Shown here in pieces: positions 30,137 through 39,720 of a stretch of 64,000 bases of DNA. Below the pieces are notes generated by a model that was not told the DNA's origin, ran no database searches, and saw only the letters and a program-made list of their open reading frames with translations. Each line of letters starts with the position of its first letter. Within the stretch, counting starts at the first letter, position 1. The DNA is from Candidatus Hermodarchaeota archaeon (lineage in GTDB: Archaea; Asgardarchaeota; Hermodarchaeia; Hermodarchaeales; Hermodarchaeaceae): the NCBI GenBank assembly GCA_016839365.1, contig JAEOUH010000071.1, positions 26,865-90,864 on the forward strand, written 5' to 3'. The translations under genes and the position numbers were made by a program.

Positions 30137-31444
30137 CTACTTAACTCCCAATAGTTCCAAGAAGGAATCCACCGCCTTCTTAGTGCGTTCCAAATCGAAT
30201 TCGCGTTCATCACCCATATTCCCTTCAAAGGGAAGAACGGGTATACCTGCTTCTTTGAAAGCAAGACGATTCTCGGCGATGTTCAATGTCAACCCTTCAC
30301 AACCACGATTATAATGCAACATTACTCCATCAACCTTCCATTCTCGCACAATCCGGAGCATCAAATCGCTCTTTTCATGAGCGGAATAGAAATGCTGCCA
30401 CTCAGGTCGAGCATGCGTCCAATCAGCCAATATTTCAAGGGCCTGCTTACGGGTTTTAATATCAATCCCTTGCTGTTGGGGAGTTGTTCTGGGACCCCAA
30501 GTCCCATCCTCTTTCACTTCCCATGCCCCAATCAAGGAAAAAGTGTAAAGTGATCCAACGGACACCACACCATGCTTTTCGAGATACCGAAACACTTCTA
30601 AAAATCCCCAAGGAGGTTGAGTATCGGTGATGACTCGTCGTTGTTCATTACCCACTGCGGCAATTTTGGTATCGACCCGATCTTGAACTTCATCACGAAG
30701 TTTTCGATAAAAGGCAACAACCTCTGGACGATGTTTCATGAGGGTTCCAAAGACATAGAGTGAATACATCGTCTTTTCATCAAGTGGAGCTGGAATGGTT
30801 TTATTCAACACACAAATCTCAGCCCAAAGAGATGTGGCTTCACATTCGTTATACACAGCTTGGATAAGCTTCTCATCATCATAGTCGCGACCAGTGGTTT
30901 TCTCTAACCAATCAATCCCATCAAGCAACTGATTGACCACGTACCCTCGACGTCTTTCATTGAAATCCTCGGTTAACCCAGTGCTTACATCAATACAAAA
31001 GAATGGAACTCCGCCTTCAAGATCGCTAGCAATTTGATACCACTTTGCATGACTACAGCAGATGTGAGTTGTCCACATGAAATCTGGTTTGGGAAACTCC
31101 CCACCGAACACATATTCATCTAAAACAACAGAGCCCAGATAATTGCGTAAATACGCACATAAATCCCTTGCAAATCCTTTTGCCTCAATTGCCTCCTGAC
31201 AACGAGCGGCAAATTCCTTGTTGAAGGCTACTGAAGCACCATAAGGTTCGCCAGTCAGGCTCCATACATCATCGCCCAACCCGGAAGGTACAGCGCTATA
31301 AGCCCATGCTCCACCAGCCCATCGGATTCCACCCCGCTCATGGGCCTTAGCATAATTCTCGTAATATTGTTGTCGTAATGCTTTGCCTTCATTCCAGATA
31401 TCCAAAGGTTTGGTTTGATATTTCATCTCAGTCATCTTCATCAC
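30137..31444 (-). CDS. bzdO: Benzoyl-CoA reductase (Bzd type) subunit O
   Basis: GEPYGAS, DLCAY, HICCSHAKW, DTQPPW, HYNRGCEG, FEGNMGD; HgdAB-family fold. Confidence 0.9.
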   Translation of the reverse strand: MMKMTEMKYQTKPLDIWNEGKALRQQYYENYAKAHERGGIRWAGGAWAYSAVPSGLGDDVWSLTGEPYGASVAFNKEFAARCQEAIEAKGFARDLCAYLRNYLGSVVLDEYVFGGEFPKPDFMWTTHICCSHAKWYQIASDLEGGVPFFCIDVSTGLTEDFNERRRGYVVNQLLDGIDWLEKTTGRDYDDEKLIQAVYNECEATSLWAEICVLNKTIPAPLDEKTMYSLYVFGTLMKHRPEVVAFYRKLRDEVQDRVDTKIAAVGNEQRRVITDTQPPWGFLEVFRYLEKHGVVSVGSLYTFSLIGAWEVKEDGTWGPRTTPQQQGIDIKTRKQALEILADWTHARPEWQHFYSAHEKSDLMLRIVREWKVDGVMLHYNRGCEGLTLNIAENRLAFKEAGIPVLPFEGNMGDEREFDLERTKKAVDSFLELLGVK

Positions 31445-32569
31445 CTAATATAGGTCGGGTAATGCAAAGGTCTCCAGAAACGCTTCTACACGAGTCTTAA
31501 ACTGTCCAATTGGTACTGTTACATCAAACTCTAAGAAATAGGTGGGAATGCCATTCTCTTGAAGCATTTGTCGTAAAGCAGGCATATCCAATTCATGTGG
31601 ATCACAGAATTTCTGCTGGATGACAAGAGCACCCTGAACATTGTAGTCCTTTGCAAGTTGCAGTATATGTGGGAATCGCTTCCGATCTGGCCAATCCTTG
31701 CTAGGACACGGGGGTCTATCAATATATCGAGCAGCGATAGCCATCAGTCGGTCATCTTGGAGTTCAACTTCGTTCCAGAAATAACGAGTGCCAGTACAAT
31801 GGTCATCGACGACTAGTGTGGAGTCCAGTGTTTCGACCATTTTCACAAATTCTGTGTCGTCGTCTTCACTTCCCAAGATCATCAGACGAGTCCCCGTATT
31901 CCTGTCCAGCTTCCGATTTGGCAGTTCTTTGAGTACTTCTTCTAGAGCCTGGTTATGTTCTTCTTTGTCGACCATTTGACTTGAGACAACCATATACATC
32001 GCTTCAAGTCCAGTTAAAGGTGGATTCTCTTGTTTGCGGTATTCATACACTTTTTTCATCAATTGGCGATTCTTATTCACAACCTCGATGCCCCGATCAA
32101 TGTCTTTATCCGAAATTGAGCGGCCAATCCATTTTTCTAAAGCCTGCTTGAAGACCTCAAGTTCCCCACGTAAATATGGGTATGCATGGGGGGTCTGTAC
32201 TCCATGGGGCATGTACAAGTAGAAACTGAATTCTTGGGGAATGTGCTTTATCCAGCTGTTGTAAGTTTGTCGAATATGGAGACATGATTGAGCAATCATG
32301 ACTCCATTGAGATAGTCATAGCGACCTTTCAAACCTTGAGCTAAGCAGTCACGACAAAAGGGGCAAAACATGCCAAAGATATGTGGTTCCGTTACATCCT
32401 GTGCCTCGTGGCTACCCAGGATGCGAACTGGAAGGATATCAGCCGCAATAATGAGTTCTTCAGGAACGTAGGTACAAAAGTAACCAAGCACTTTACCACC
32501 CGTACGCTTTTTCCAAGCCTGAGCATAGTCGTGTCGGTTGGTAAACCATTCTTTGAATTTCTCAAACAT
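31445..32569 (-). CDS. bzdN: Benzoyl-CoA reductase (Bzd type) subunit N
   Basis: GYFCTYVPEE, FCPFCRDC, DDHCTGTRY, PPCP, QKFCDPH, TRVEAFLE. Confidence 0.9.
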   Translation of the reverse strand: MFEKFKEWFTNRHDYAQAWKKRTGGKVLGYFCTYVPEELIIAADILPVRILGSHEAQDVTEPHIFGMFCPFCRDCLAQGLKGRYDYLNGVMIAQSCLHIRQTYNSWIKHIPQEFSFYLYMPHGVQTPHAYPYLRGELEVFKQALEKWIGRSISDKDIDRGIEVVNKNRQLMKKVYEYRKQENPPLTGLEAMYMVVSSQMVDKEEHNQALEEVLKELPNRKLDRNTGTRLMILGSEDDDTEFVKMVETLDSTLVVDDHCTGTRYFWNEVELQDDRLMAIAARYIDRPPCPSKDWPDRKRFPHILQLAKDYNVQGALVIQQKFCDPHELDMPALRQMLQENGIPTYFLEFDVTVPIGQFKTRVEAFLETFALPDLY

Positions 32570-32637
32570 CGGGATCTTCCTGCTCTGAAAAACACTTAGG
32601 AGAGAGCGTCTTGTTCGCGGAGTAATAGAGTGATATT

Positions 32638-32654
32638 CCTTAAGAATTTTTGCA
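32638..32654 (-). promoter_or_regulatory. Putative BRE/TATA promoter of the bzdN operon
   Basis: Minus strand reads GCAAAAATTCTTAAGG (purine-rich BRE-like run, then TTAAG) about 70 nt upstream of the bzdN ATG. Confidence 0.35.
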
Positions 32655-32740
32655 AAACTGTTTTATAATGATTGTTGGTTATTTAATATTGATAAAAAGA
32701 AATAGCAAGAATATGCACAAACCATCAGGGAGTTGTTAGT

Positions 32741-33076
32741 CTGACAGACTGGTTCGCTCAAAAGACTCGAAACCTACTTTCAGCAATTACCCACCCCTCA
32801 CGCGTGGCGATTCTAGAATTCTTATCTGACCGTGATTTTGGAACAAATAAATCCCTTAGACAACACCTCAAAATGTTACAACCTAAAGCGGGTGGTGATT
32901 CACCAGCAGTAGTTACCCATCATGTCACTTTGCTTGAAAAATCTGGCCTGGTAAGGCATTCAGAGGATGATGCCCGGGTTATAGTTGCAACAGCGATGGG
33001 ACGTAGAATGACTCGATTGTTAAGACAAATGATAACTAATTCGGACTTGGAGGAGTCGTGGGATCGTTCCCTTTAG
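32741..33076 (+). CDS. ArsR-like winged-helix transcriptional regulator, divergent from bzdN; probable CTG start
   Basis: Frame is open upstream of the listed GTG and reads LTDWFAQKTRNLLSAITHPSRVAILEFL...VTHHVTLLEKSGLV; GGGAG lies 8 nt before CTG 32741. Confidence 0.7.
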   Translation: MTDWFAQKTRNLLSAITHPSRVAILEFLSDRDFGTNKSLRQHLKMLQPKAGGDSPAVVTHHVTLLEKSGLVRHSEDDARVIVATAMGRRMTRLLRQMITNSDLEESWDRSL

Positions 33077-33717
33077 AGATTGAATCCTTGTTCGCGAAGC
33101 ACTTGAGTTAGATTCTTTCCCTGGTTACGGGCACGTTGCAGGAAAAATCGAAGGTAGCGATCGAAGAAAGGATTGCTACCCTTTGCCGCGAGGGGGATTC
33201 CGAGGATCATGTCACCTTCAATTAGCCTTAATCGTTGAGCTGCCATTCCCACCGACCACATCATTCGATTATCGATGAAGTGTTGGGCGGCTATAGTTAT
33301 TGCAGATGAGAGGGCAATCCCTAAATCTAGGATTTTGAAGGCGCAGAGGGCCGTGGTTTTCTTTTGGCCAATCGCCTCTTCGTAATCAGCACAGGTATTG
33401 AATCCACACGCTTTACAATCGAGGGTAAGGGGCGGGCGTTTGGCATGGATACCTATAAGGAAAATGGCAGCACTTTCCTTGACAGCTTCAGCATCAGGTT
33501 CTAAAAACCAAAAGGTTGGGCTGGTGAGGTCTTCTTTGCGCATCTTTTCGATTTCTTTGGTAATTTGCCGAATTGTGGGCCCAGATACGATTTCAATTGT
33601 GAGATCATCGAATCCTTTGGATTTGGGAGCAGTGGTTGCAGCTGCGACCATTAGATTTGCCACAGTCTTGACTGCTTCGTTAGTGTGCTTCTCTCTTTTT
33701 GTTTGTATTTGATTCAC
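33073..33717 (-). CDS. DUF2148 ferredoxin-domain protein
   Basis: AAATTAPKSKG, DCKACGFNTC, DLGIALSSA, IDNRMM. Confidence 0.82.
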   Translation of the reverse strand: MNQIQTKREKHTNEAVKTVANLMVAAATTAPKSKGFDDLTIEIVSGPTIRQITKEIEKMRKEDLTSPTFWFLEPDAEAVKESAAIFLIGIHAKRPPLTLDCKACGFNTCADYEEAIGQKKTTALCAFKILDLGIALSSAITIAAQHFIDNRMMWSVGMAAQRLRLIEGDMILGIPLAAKGSNPFFDRYLRFFLQRARNQGKNLTQVLREQGFNL

Positions 33718-33760
33718 CCTTCTGTGGATAATTTTAGGTAACCGATAGTCGTGTGCACAT

Positions 33761-35050
33761 TCAACTCTTCGGTGCTTTCCCGGTAATGGCTTCTACAATA
33801 TTCCAGAACTCATCTTCTTTCAAACCAAGTCGGGTTTCTCGGAGGAGCTCCGCGGCTTTTTGTAATTGGCGAAGCATTTCGACTTTATCTCGGAGTTTAT
33901 GTGTTTCTTTCACTTGCAATACAATTTGTCTGATCTCTTCATCGGTGGCTTCGATGTTTTCTTGCTCTAGTTTAGTTTTTACAATTTGACTCCCAGTGTG
34001 TTTCCCCAAGTAGAATTCAGTTTTGCGTCCAACCGTTTCAGCAGGAATGGGTTCATAGGTTAGTCGGTGGGAGAGTATGCCATGAACGTGGATGCCTGCT
34101 TCATGGGAAAAAGCGTTTTCACCAGTAATGGCTTTATGGACGGGAAGGAGGATAGCAAACGCTTGACTCACCATATCGGCAAGTTCTTGGATTTTTTCGG
34201 TTTTGATGCCCGTTCGAACGTCATAAAGGAATTCGAGTGCCATGACTACTTCTTCGAGGGGCGCATTACCCGCACGTTCACCAAAACCAGCGATACACAC
34301 ATGTGGAACCGTAACACCTTCCTCTACTGCTGCTAGGGTGTTGGCAGTGGCTAGACCAAAGTCATTGTGGTTATGAATGGAGAGCGGAACTTTGCCTTTG
34401 ACTTCCTGGTTCAGGCGGTCACGGATTTGGGAGACCAGATATCGCATCGATTCTGGTCTTAAGAAACCTACAGTATCGGTGATTACACACCGATCTGCAC
34501 CAGCTTCCATTGCAGTTTTGAAGATTTTCACTGTGTTATCAATGCTTGTGCGTGATGTGTCTTCGGTCACGAAATCAACAATAACTCCGTGCTTCTTTGC
34601 ATATTCTACACAATCGGCTGCGAGACTAAGTGCTTCTTCAGGGGTTTTCTTTAGCTTGTATTTCAGGTGAAGATTACTGAATGCAATGAAAATGGGTACT
34701 TCTTCGGCTCCTGCTTGGATGGCGACATCGATATCCGATTTGATTGCACGAGCTGGTGCACAAATTTTGGCTTGTTTAAAGCCTTCAGCGGATATTCGGC
34801 GAACGACCTCTTCTTCATCTTTTGAAACAGCGGGAAAGCCGACATTAATTATGGCAATTCCCATCTCATCCATGAGCTTAGCAATTTCGATTTTTTCGTC
34901 AACCAAAAGACTAGGGCCTGGTGTCTGTTCACCATCGCGAAGGGTTTCATCCCAAATAAGAACTTCTTTGGGGAGATACTTTGGTTTTGTTTGGGGAACC
35001 TTGTTAAAGTTCACAATTAGGCCATCAGCCTCTAATTTTTCTAACATCAT
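33761..35050 (-). CDS. Homocitrate/isopropylmalate synthase family enzyme (DRE-TIM), lacking a LeuA regulatory domain
   Basis: DETLRDGEQ, DTVG, HNHNDFGLA, GERAGN, HEAGIH, GKHTG; 429 aa. Confidence 0.85.
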   Translation of the reverse strand: MMLEKLEADGLIVNFNKVPQTKPKYLPKEVLIWDETLRDGEQTPGPSLLVDEKIEIAKLMDEMGIAIINVGFPAVSKDEEEVVRRISAEGFKQAKICAPARAIKSDIDVAIQAGAEEVPIFIAFSNLHLKYKLKKTPEEALSLAADCVEYAKKHGVIVDFVTEDTSRTSIDNTVKIFKTAMEAGADRCVITDTVGFLRPESMRYLVSQIRDRLNQEVKGKVPLSIHNHNDFGLATANTLAAVEEGVTVPHVCIAGFGERAGNAPLEEVVMALEFLYDVRTGIKTEKIQELADMVSQAFAILLPVHKAITGENAFSHEAGIHVHGILSHRLTYEPIPAETVGRKTEFYLGKHTGSQIVKTKLEQENIEATDEEIRQIVLQVKETHKLRDKVEMLRQLQKAAELLRETRLGLKEDEFWNIVEAITGKAPKS

Positions 35051-35155
35051 TGTCCTCGGCCAACCTGTACCTCCAATATGGATAGTATAGACTTAAGTCT
35101 CTTTCTTGTCTATTAAGTAAGAACCTTTGAACTCATATCAGGAAGGAGAAAAACC

Positions 35156-35932
35156 ATGGGTTCTGGATATGCGAATTTGAAAGTTGAAGTTTCAGATGGT
35201 GTGGGGGAGATTTTAGTGGATCGTCCACCCCTAAATATCCTGGATCAACAAACACTGACAGAACTTCACAAGGCTTTGTTACAAGTGAAGGCAGACTCTG
35301 GAGTGAATATTGTTCTTCTGAGAACAGCAGGTGATCGATTCTTTTCCGTTGGAGTGGATGTAGAACAGCATCTGCCTGAACATGCCCCGAAAACTTTAGA
35401 TGCATTCAATAAAGTCTTTGAAGCCCTCATCGATGTCGATAAACCTGTCATTGCTGTTGTTCAAGGATCAGCCTTGGGTGGAGGATGTGAGCTTGCCTTT
35501 GCTTGTGATCTTGTGATCGCTGTGGATTCAGCCAAGTTTGGTCAACCAGAAATTCAAGTAGGTGCAGTCCCTACGGTTGCTGCCGCAGCCATGCATCATC
35601 TTATTGGTCAAAAACGAACCTTCGAGTTACTTTATACTGGAGATAGTATTTCTGCTGAAAAGGCTGAACGGATTGGACTAATTAACCATGCTGTGCCAGC
35701 TGACCAGTTAGAGAAGGCAGTCAATGAATTTGTAACTAAACTTAAGGAACACAGTCCAATCATGCTTCGATACGTTCGACGAGCCGTGTATGAGAGTATG
35801 CACCTCGACTTTAAGCAAGCTGTCGAAAAATCAACTGAGATTTACCTCGACTCGTTGAAAAACACTGAGGATGCATCTGAGGGACTCAAAGCATTCCTGG
35901 AGAAACGTAAACCGAAATGGACAGGAAAATAA
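35156..35932 (+). CDS. dch: Cyclohexa-1,5-diene-1-carbonyl-CoA hydratase (Dch/BzdW-like crotonase)
   Basis: RPPLNILD, FSVGVDVEQHLPE (Dch-like), LGGGCE, FGQPE; cluster context. Confidence 0.72.
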   Translation: MGSGYANLKVEVSDGVGEILVDRPPLNILDQQTLTELHKALLQVKADSGVNIVLLRTAGDRFFSVGVDVEQHLPEHAPKTLDAFNKVFEALIDVDKPVIAVVQGSALGGGCELAFACDLVIAVDSAKFGQPEIQVGAVPTVAAAAMHHLIGQKRTFELLYTGDSISAEKAERIGLINHAVPADQLEKAVNEFVTKLKEHSPIMLRYVRRAVYESMHLDFKQAVEKSTEIYLDSLKNTEDASEGLKAFLEKRKPKWTGK

Positions 35933-35947
35933 AGATACAGATGAAGA

Positions 35948-36979
35948 TTAAGGAATAACGAGAATCCGACCAATAACCTTGCCTTCTTCTAGGAGTTCGA
36001 AGGCTTCATTGATTTCTGTTAATGGACGTTTGCTATCGATTAGCGGTTTGATTTGAATGACACCTTGTTCTACCATCCTCAGGAGAGGAGGATAATCCAC
36101 GGGGCGACAACCTAGCGATCCACGAATTTCGACTTCTCGGAACATGATTCGGGATGCTGAAACAGTCCAATCGGATTCAGCATACCCTACCACCACCATC
36201 CGACCACCCCACCTCACAACGGCCAAGGCTTGACTCATTACGTCAGGAATGCCAATGGCTTCAAAGGAGATATCCACACCACGCTTATTGGTTAGAGCTC
36301 GAATCTGCTTGACGGGATTCTCATCCGTCGAGTTAATGGTCACAGTAGCTCCAAGTTTTTCAGCGAGTTTGAGCTTCTTGTCATCAATATCGACAGCATA
36401 CACAATGCCACCTGCGGCAGCAGCGATTTGAACCACATTGATACCCACTCCACCACAACCAAATACAGCCACCAAATCTCCTGGACGTACTTCGCCACGG
36501 TTCTTTACCGCATGGTAGGGTGTTGAAATTGCATCGGCAACGATGCTCGTGTCTTCTAAAGGTAATGAGTCAGGAATTCGAAAGAGATCCTTTGCAGGGA
36601 CACGGATATATTCAGAATAGGCTCCATCTATGTTGTTTCCTACCATTTCTTGGTTTTGACAGACATTTTCGCGCCCTAACCGGCAATTTTCACAAAATCC
36701 ACAGCTAAGAACGGCCGGAATTAACACGCGATCTCCTTTAACCCAGTTATTGACTGCAGATCCAAGTTCGGTAATAGTACCTGAAGCTTCATGACCAAGT
36801 ATCAAGGGAGGTTTCTTGAAAGTCGGAGTACCATGCAAATAGTGAAGGTCAGTTCTACATACTCCACAGGCTGCCACTTTAATCAAAACGTCACTTGATC
36901 CAAGTTCTGGTGTAGGTATATCTTCAATTTTGAGCGGTTTTCCTGCTTCATAGAATACTGCAGCTTTCAATGAGAACAC
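35948..36979 (-). CDS. had: 6-hydroxycyclohex-1-ene-1-carbonyl-CoA dehydrogenase (Had/BzdX-like Zn-ADH)
   Basis: CGVCRTDLHY, GHE, CGFCENC...C, ADAISTPY, GCGGVG, GSLGCRPVDYP; cluster context. Confidence 0.72.
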   Translation of the reverse strand: MFSLKAAVFYEAGKPLKIEDIPTPELGSSDVLIKVAACGVCRTDLHYLHGTPTFKKPPLILGHEASGTITELGSAVNNWVKGDRVLIPAVLSCGFCENCRLGRENVCQNQEMVGNNIDGAYSEYIRVPAKDLFRIPDSLPLEDTSIVADAISTPYHAVKNRGEVRPGDLVAVFGCGGVGINVVQIAAAAGGIVYAVDIDDKKLKLAEKLGATVTINSTDENPVKQIRALTNKRGVDISFEAIGIPDVMSQALAVVRWGGRMVVVGYAESDWTVSASRIMFREVEIRGSLGCRPVDYPPLLRMVEQGVIQIKPLIDSKRPLTEINEAFELLEEGKVIGRILVIP

Positions 36980-37104
36980 CAGAGGTAAGTATCTGAACTT
37001 GAACCTTATATCATTTTATGACGGTTAATTTCTTTAGGAAGATTGGTGAACTGGAAAAAGTAAAGATTTTTGATTTCTGTCGAAGGAGGTTGAGGAGAGT
37101 ATCA

Positions 37105-37401
37105 ATGGAAAGTGCAGATTCGGGTGTCACAATCCGTTTGATAGGTGTATTGAAGATTACAACAGGAATCGAATATGTAAAGTTGGATTTAAAGGATAAT
37201 GATACCGTTGAGACAATTCTTAGTAGGCTAGTTGAAATGTACCCTGATCTCCGTCAGGAATTGTACACCAAGACTGGCGAGATCCATAAGTATCTTAACA
37301 TTTTTGTTGACAACAAACCTGTTATTCAGAAAAATCTTAATGATATCCCAATTCAGAAGTCAACGACATTAACACTAGTTATGGCAGTTGGTGGCGGATA
37401 A
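37105..37401 (+). CDS. MoaD/ThiS/SAMP ubiquitin-like sulfur carrier
   Basis: Beta-grasp pattern ending AVGGG; directly upstream of AOR; start at MESAD after GAGGAG. Confidence 0.8.
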   Translation: MESADSGVTIRLIGVLKITTGIEYVKLDLKDNDTVETILSRLVEMYPDLRQELYTKTGEIHKYLNIFVDNKPVIQKNLNDIPIQKSTTLTLVMAVGGG

Positions 37402-37424
37402 CAAACCCTTTGGAATAACTCAAA

Positions 37425-39257
37425 ATGACAATAAACCAATATGCTATTGTCAATCTTAGTAAAGGCTCAGTGAATATTAGAGAAATACCAGCAAATGTAA
37501 TAAGAAGTTATTTAGGCGGTCGAGGAACGAACGTCTATCATCTTAACAAATTGTTAAGGAAGAATGTGGATCCCCTTTCTCCGGAAAACGTGCTGATATT
37601 TGGTGCAGGTTTACTTACTGGGTATCTTATCCCAAACGCGTCACGATTCAATGTTACAGCGAAATCACCCGAATCCGGGTTTTTGGGTGACACCAACTGT
37701 GGAGGTTATTTTGGTCCCGAAATGCGCTACGCTGGCTTTGATCAGATTATAATAATTGGAAAAGCGAGGAAACCAAGCTACATTTTCCTTCAAGATGGTT
37801 CTATTGAAATTCGAAACGCTTCGGATTATTGGGGCCTTGATACCTATAATGTTCAAATCGAGCTTCGGAAGGATTTGGGTGATGTGCAGGCTGCAGTTAC
37901 CGGTGAAGCTGGTGAAAAACTCGTTCGATTTGCCAACATACGAAACGGTGTGAAGAACGCCGGTGGGCGAGGTGGATTGGGTGCGGTTATGGGATCGAAG
38001 AATTTGAAGGCCTTGGTTGCTTATGGAACTCAAGGTCTTGATGTCGCTCATCCAGAACAGCTACTAGAAGTTACAAAACGTGCCAACGAATACGTCTTGA
38101 ACTCGAAGGTCATCTCTGTAATGGGCAAATTGGGATCTCCTTATCTCTATGACGTTAGTAATGCACTTGGAGCGATTCGCACTAAGAATAGTCAGCTGAA
38201 TGCTTGGTCTGATTCATTAAATGCAGAACATTTCGAAGAATATGTGGAGAAGATGGTGTCTTGTGCTTCATGCGTTGTACATTGTCGGCATCGGAATACC
38301 ATGGATGGGGAAGGTCCTGAATACACAACAATTGGATTGCTGGGAGCAAATGTCGGGATATCTGATCCAAAGCAGGTAATCGAGTTAAATAACCTCTGTA
38401 ACAGGCTTGGTTTGGATACTGCTTCAGCAGGGGGTATTCTTGCTTGGGTTTTTGAGTTATATGAGAAAGGAATTGTTGATAAGGCAAAATTCAAGGAAGA
38501 AAAGTTGGAATTTGAAAACTTCGAACTCATCAAATCCCTCCTTGAAAAGACTGCACGCCGTGAGGGGCTTGGAGATATCCTAGCGGAAAGTAGTCAAGCT
38601 GTAAAGCATTTTGGACCCAAATCGGCGGATTATCTCATTGCAGTTAAGAACCTACCTCAAAGTGATCCCCACGATGTTCGATATATCAAAGCATTTGCGC
38701 TAGGCATAGCAACCGCTTCAAGAGGTGCGGATCACCTACGAAGTCGTCCTACTCTCGAAATCTTTCTCCGATTACCTCAAGAAGTAAAGGAAAGCATCTA
38801 TGGAGCAGGTATCTCACCTGATCCCACATCGTATGAAGGAAAGGAAAATACCGTTTTCTGGTCAGATAACATGTACGCTGTAATTGATGCTGTTGGAATC
38901 TGTAAATTCATCTGTCATGGATTTAATAGCCCGCATCTCATTGGTTATGAACATGTGAAGGATTTCCTAGACACGGCGGTTGGCCTCAAGTTCGATATTC
39001 AAGAATTGAAGGAGGTTGGTCAACGAATAATTGACACGGAACGAATCCTCAATCTTCGATTTGGACTCACACGCGCTGATGATTCACTACCTAAACGCTA
39101 TTTTGATGATCCGGCCCCCCTGAAGACCGCTGAAGGCCACCATGTTGATCGCAAGCAGTTTCAGATTATGTTGGACCGATATTATACTCTTCGGGGGTGG
39201 AACGAAGACGGAATGGTGTCTGAAGAACGTGTAAACGAATTGGAGGCAATTGAGTGA
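37425..39257 (+). CDS. aor: Tungsten-dependent aldehyde:ferredoxin oxidoreductase family catalytic subunit
   Basis: LGGRG, GRGGLGAVMGSKNLKA, CASCVVHC, GPEY, GLDT, RGADH, GICKF, YYTLRGW. Confidence 0.88.
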   Translation: MTINQYAIVNLSKGSVNIREIPANVIRSYLGGRGTNVYHLNKLLRKNVDPLSPENVLIFGAGLLTGYLIPNASRFNVTAKSPESGFLGDTNCGGYFGPEMRYAGFDQIIIIGKARKPSYIFLQDGSIEIRNASDYWGLDTYNVQIELRKDLGDVQAAVTGEAGEKLVRFANIRNGVKNAGGRGGLGAVMGSKNLKALVAYGTQGLDVAHPEQLLEVTKRANEYVLNSKVISVMGKLGSPYLYDVSNALGAIRTKNSQLNAWSDSLNAEHFEEYVEKMVSCASCVVHCRHRNTMDGEGPEYTTIGLLGANVGISDPKQVIELNNLCNRLGLDTASAGGILAWVFELYEKGIVDKAKFKEEKLEFENFELIKSLLEKTARREGLGDILAESSQAVKHFGPKSADYLIAVKNLPQSDPHDVRYIKAFALGIATASRGADHLRSRPTLEIFLRLPQEVKESIYGAGISPDPTSYEGKENTVFWSDNMYAVIDAVGICKFICHGFNSPHLIGYEHVKDFLDTAVGLKFDIQELKEVGQRIIDTERILNLRFGLTRADDSLPKRYFDDPAPLKTAEGHHVDRKQFQIMLDRYYTLRGWNEDGMVSEERVNELEAIE

Positions 39258-39709
39258 AGTATATCTTTGTTTATCCAGAACGGTGCACCGGTTGTCGATT
39301 ATGTTCTCTTGCTTGTTCATTAACGAAATTCGGAGAATGTAACCCACGGAAAGCTGCGATAAGTGTCGTCCGAGATGAGTTTGAACGATTTGAGTTTCCG
39401 GTAGTATGTTTTCAATGTCAGGAAGCACCTTGTGTCACAGCTTGTCCACAAAATGCGATAAAAAAAGATGAAGGTACTGTTTCACGCGATGATGATCGCT
39501 GTATTGGTTGCCGACTCTGTGCAGTTGTTTGCCCCTTTTCTGCCATAACAACCTTTGGCAAGGAACTCATCCATTGTGACCTTTGTGGTGGAGATCCACA
39601 ATGCGTTAAATATTGTTCTACAAAGGCAATTGAATACACTGATGAAACTCAAGAAGCGATGCAACGACGTAAAGAACAGCTAGCCCGTGTCCTAATTACG
39701 GAGAAATGA
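39254..39709 (+). CDS. 4Fe-4S dicluster (DmsB/HydN-like) subunit of AOR
   Basis: Four Cys clusters (CTGCRLCSLAC, CFQCQEAPC, CIGCRLCAVVCP, CDLC); start overlaps the AOR stop. Confidence 0.88.
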   Translation: MKYIFVYPERCTGCRLCSLACSLTKFGECNPRKAAISVVRDEFERFEFPVVCFQCQEAPCVTACPQNAIKKDEGTVSRDDDRCIGCRLCAVVCPFSAITTFGKELIHCDLCGGDPQCVKYCSTKAIEYTDETQEAMQRRKEQLARVLITEK

Positions 39710-39720
39710 TTCTGAGATTT

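Noticed and set aside
30124-30264. N-terminal extension of BzdP
   Set aside because: It overlaps bzdO; a GGAGGTG-preceded GTG at 30123 gives the normal start.
28451-32569. 2-hydroxyacyl-CoA dehydratase and activator (HgdABC/FldBCI)
   Set aside because: Two distinct activator subunits, the FWRWPE leader, an adjacent BzdM-type ferredoxin and Dch/Had/Oah genes all point to a Bzd-type BCR.
35087-35102. Palindrome AGACTTAAGTCT (and a similar 16-mer at 50326-50341, TTTTGCAAAA at 32648-32657) as a shared operator
   Set aside because: These coincide with the expected BRE/TATA positions, and no consistent motif recurs in the other cluster promoters; insufficient support.
37425-39709. W-enzyme plus Fe-S subunit as class II benzoyl-CoA reductase BamBC
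   Set aside because: It has the aldehyde-oxidising GPEY and RGADH motifs, which BamB lacks, and no BamDEF (Hdr/Mvh-like) genes are present.
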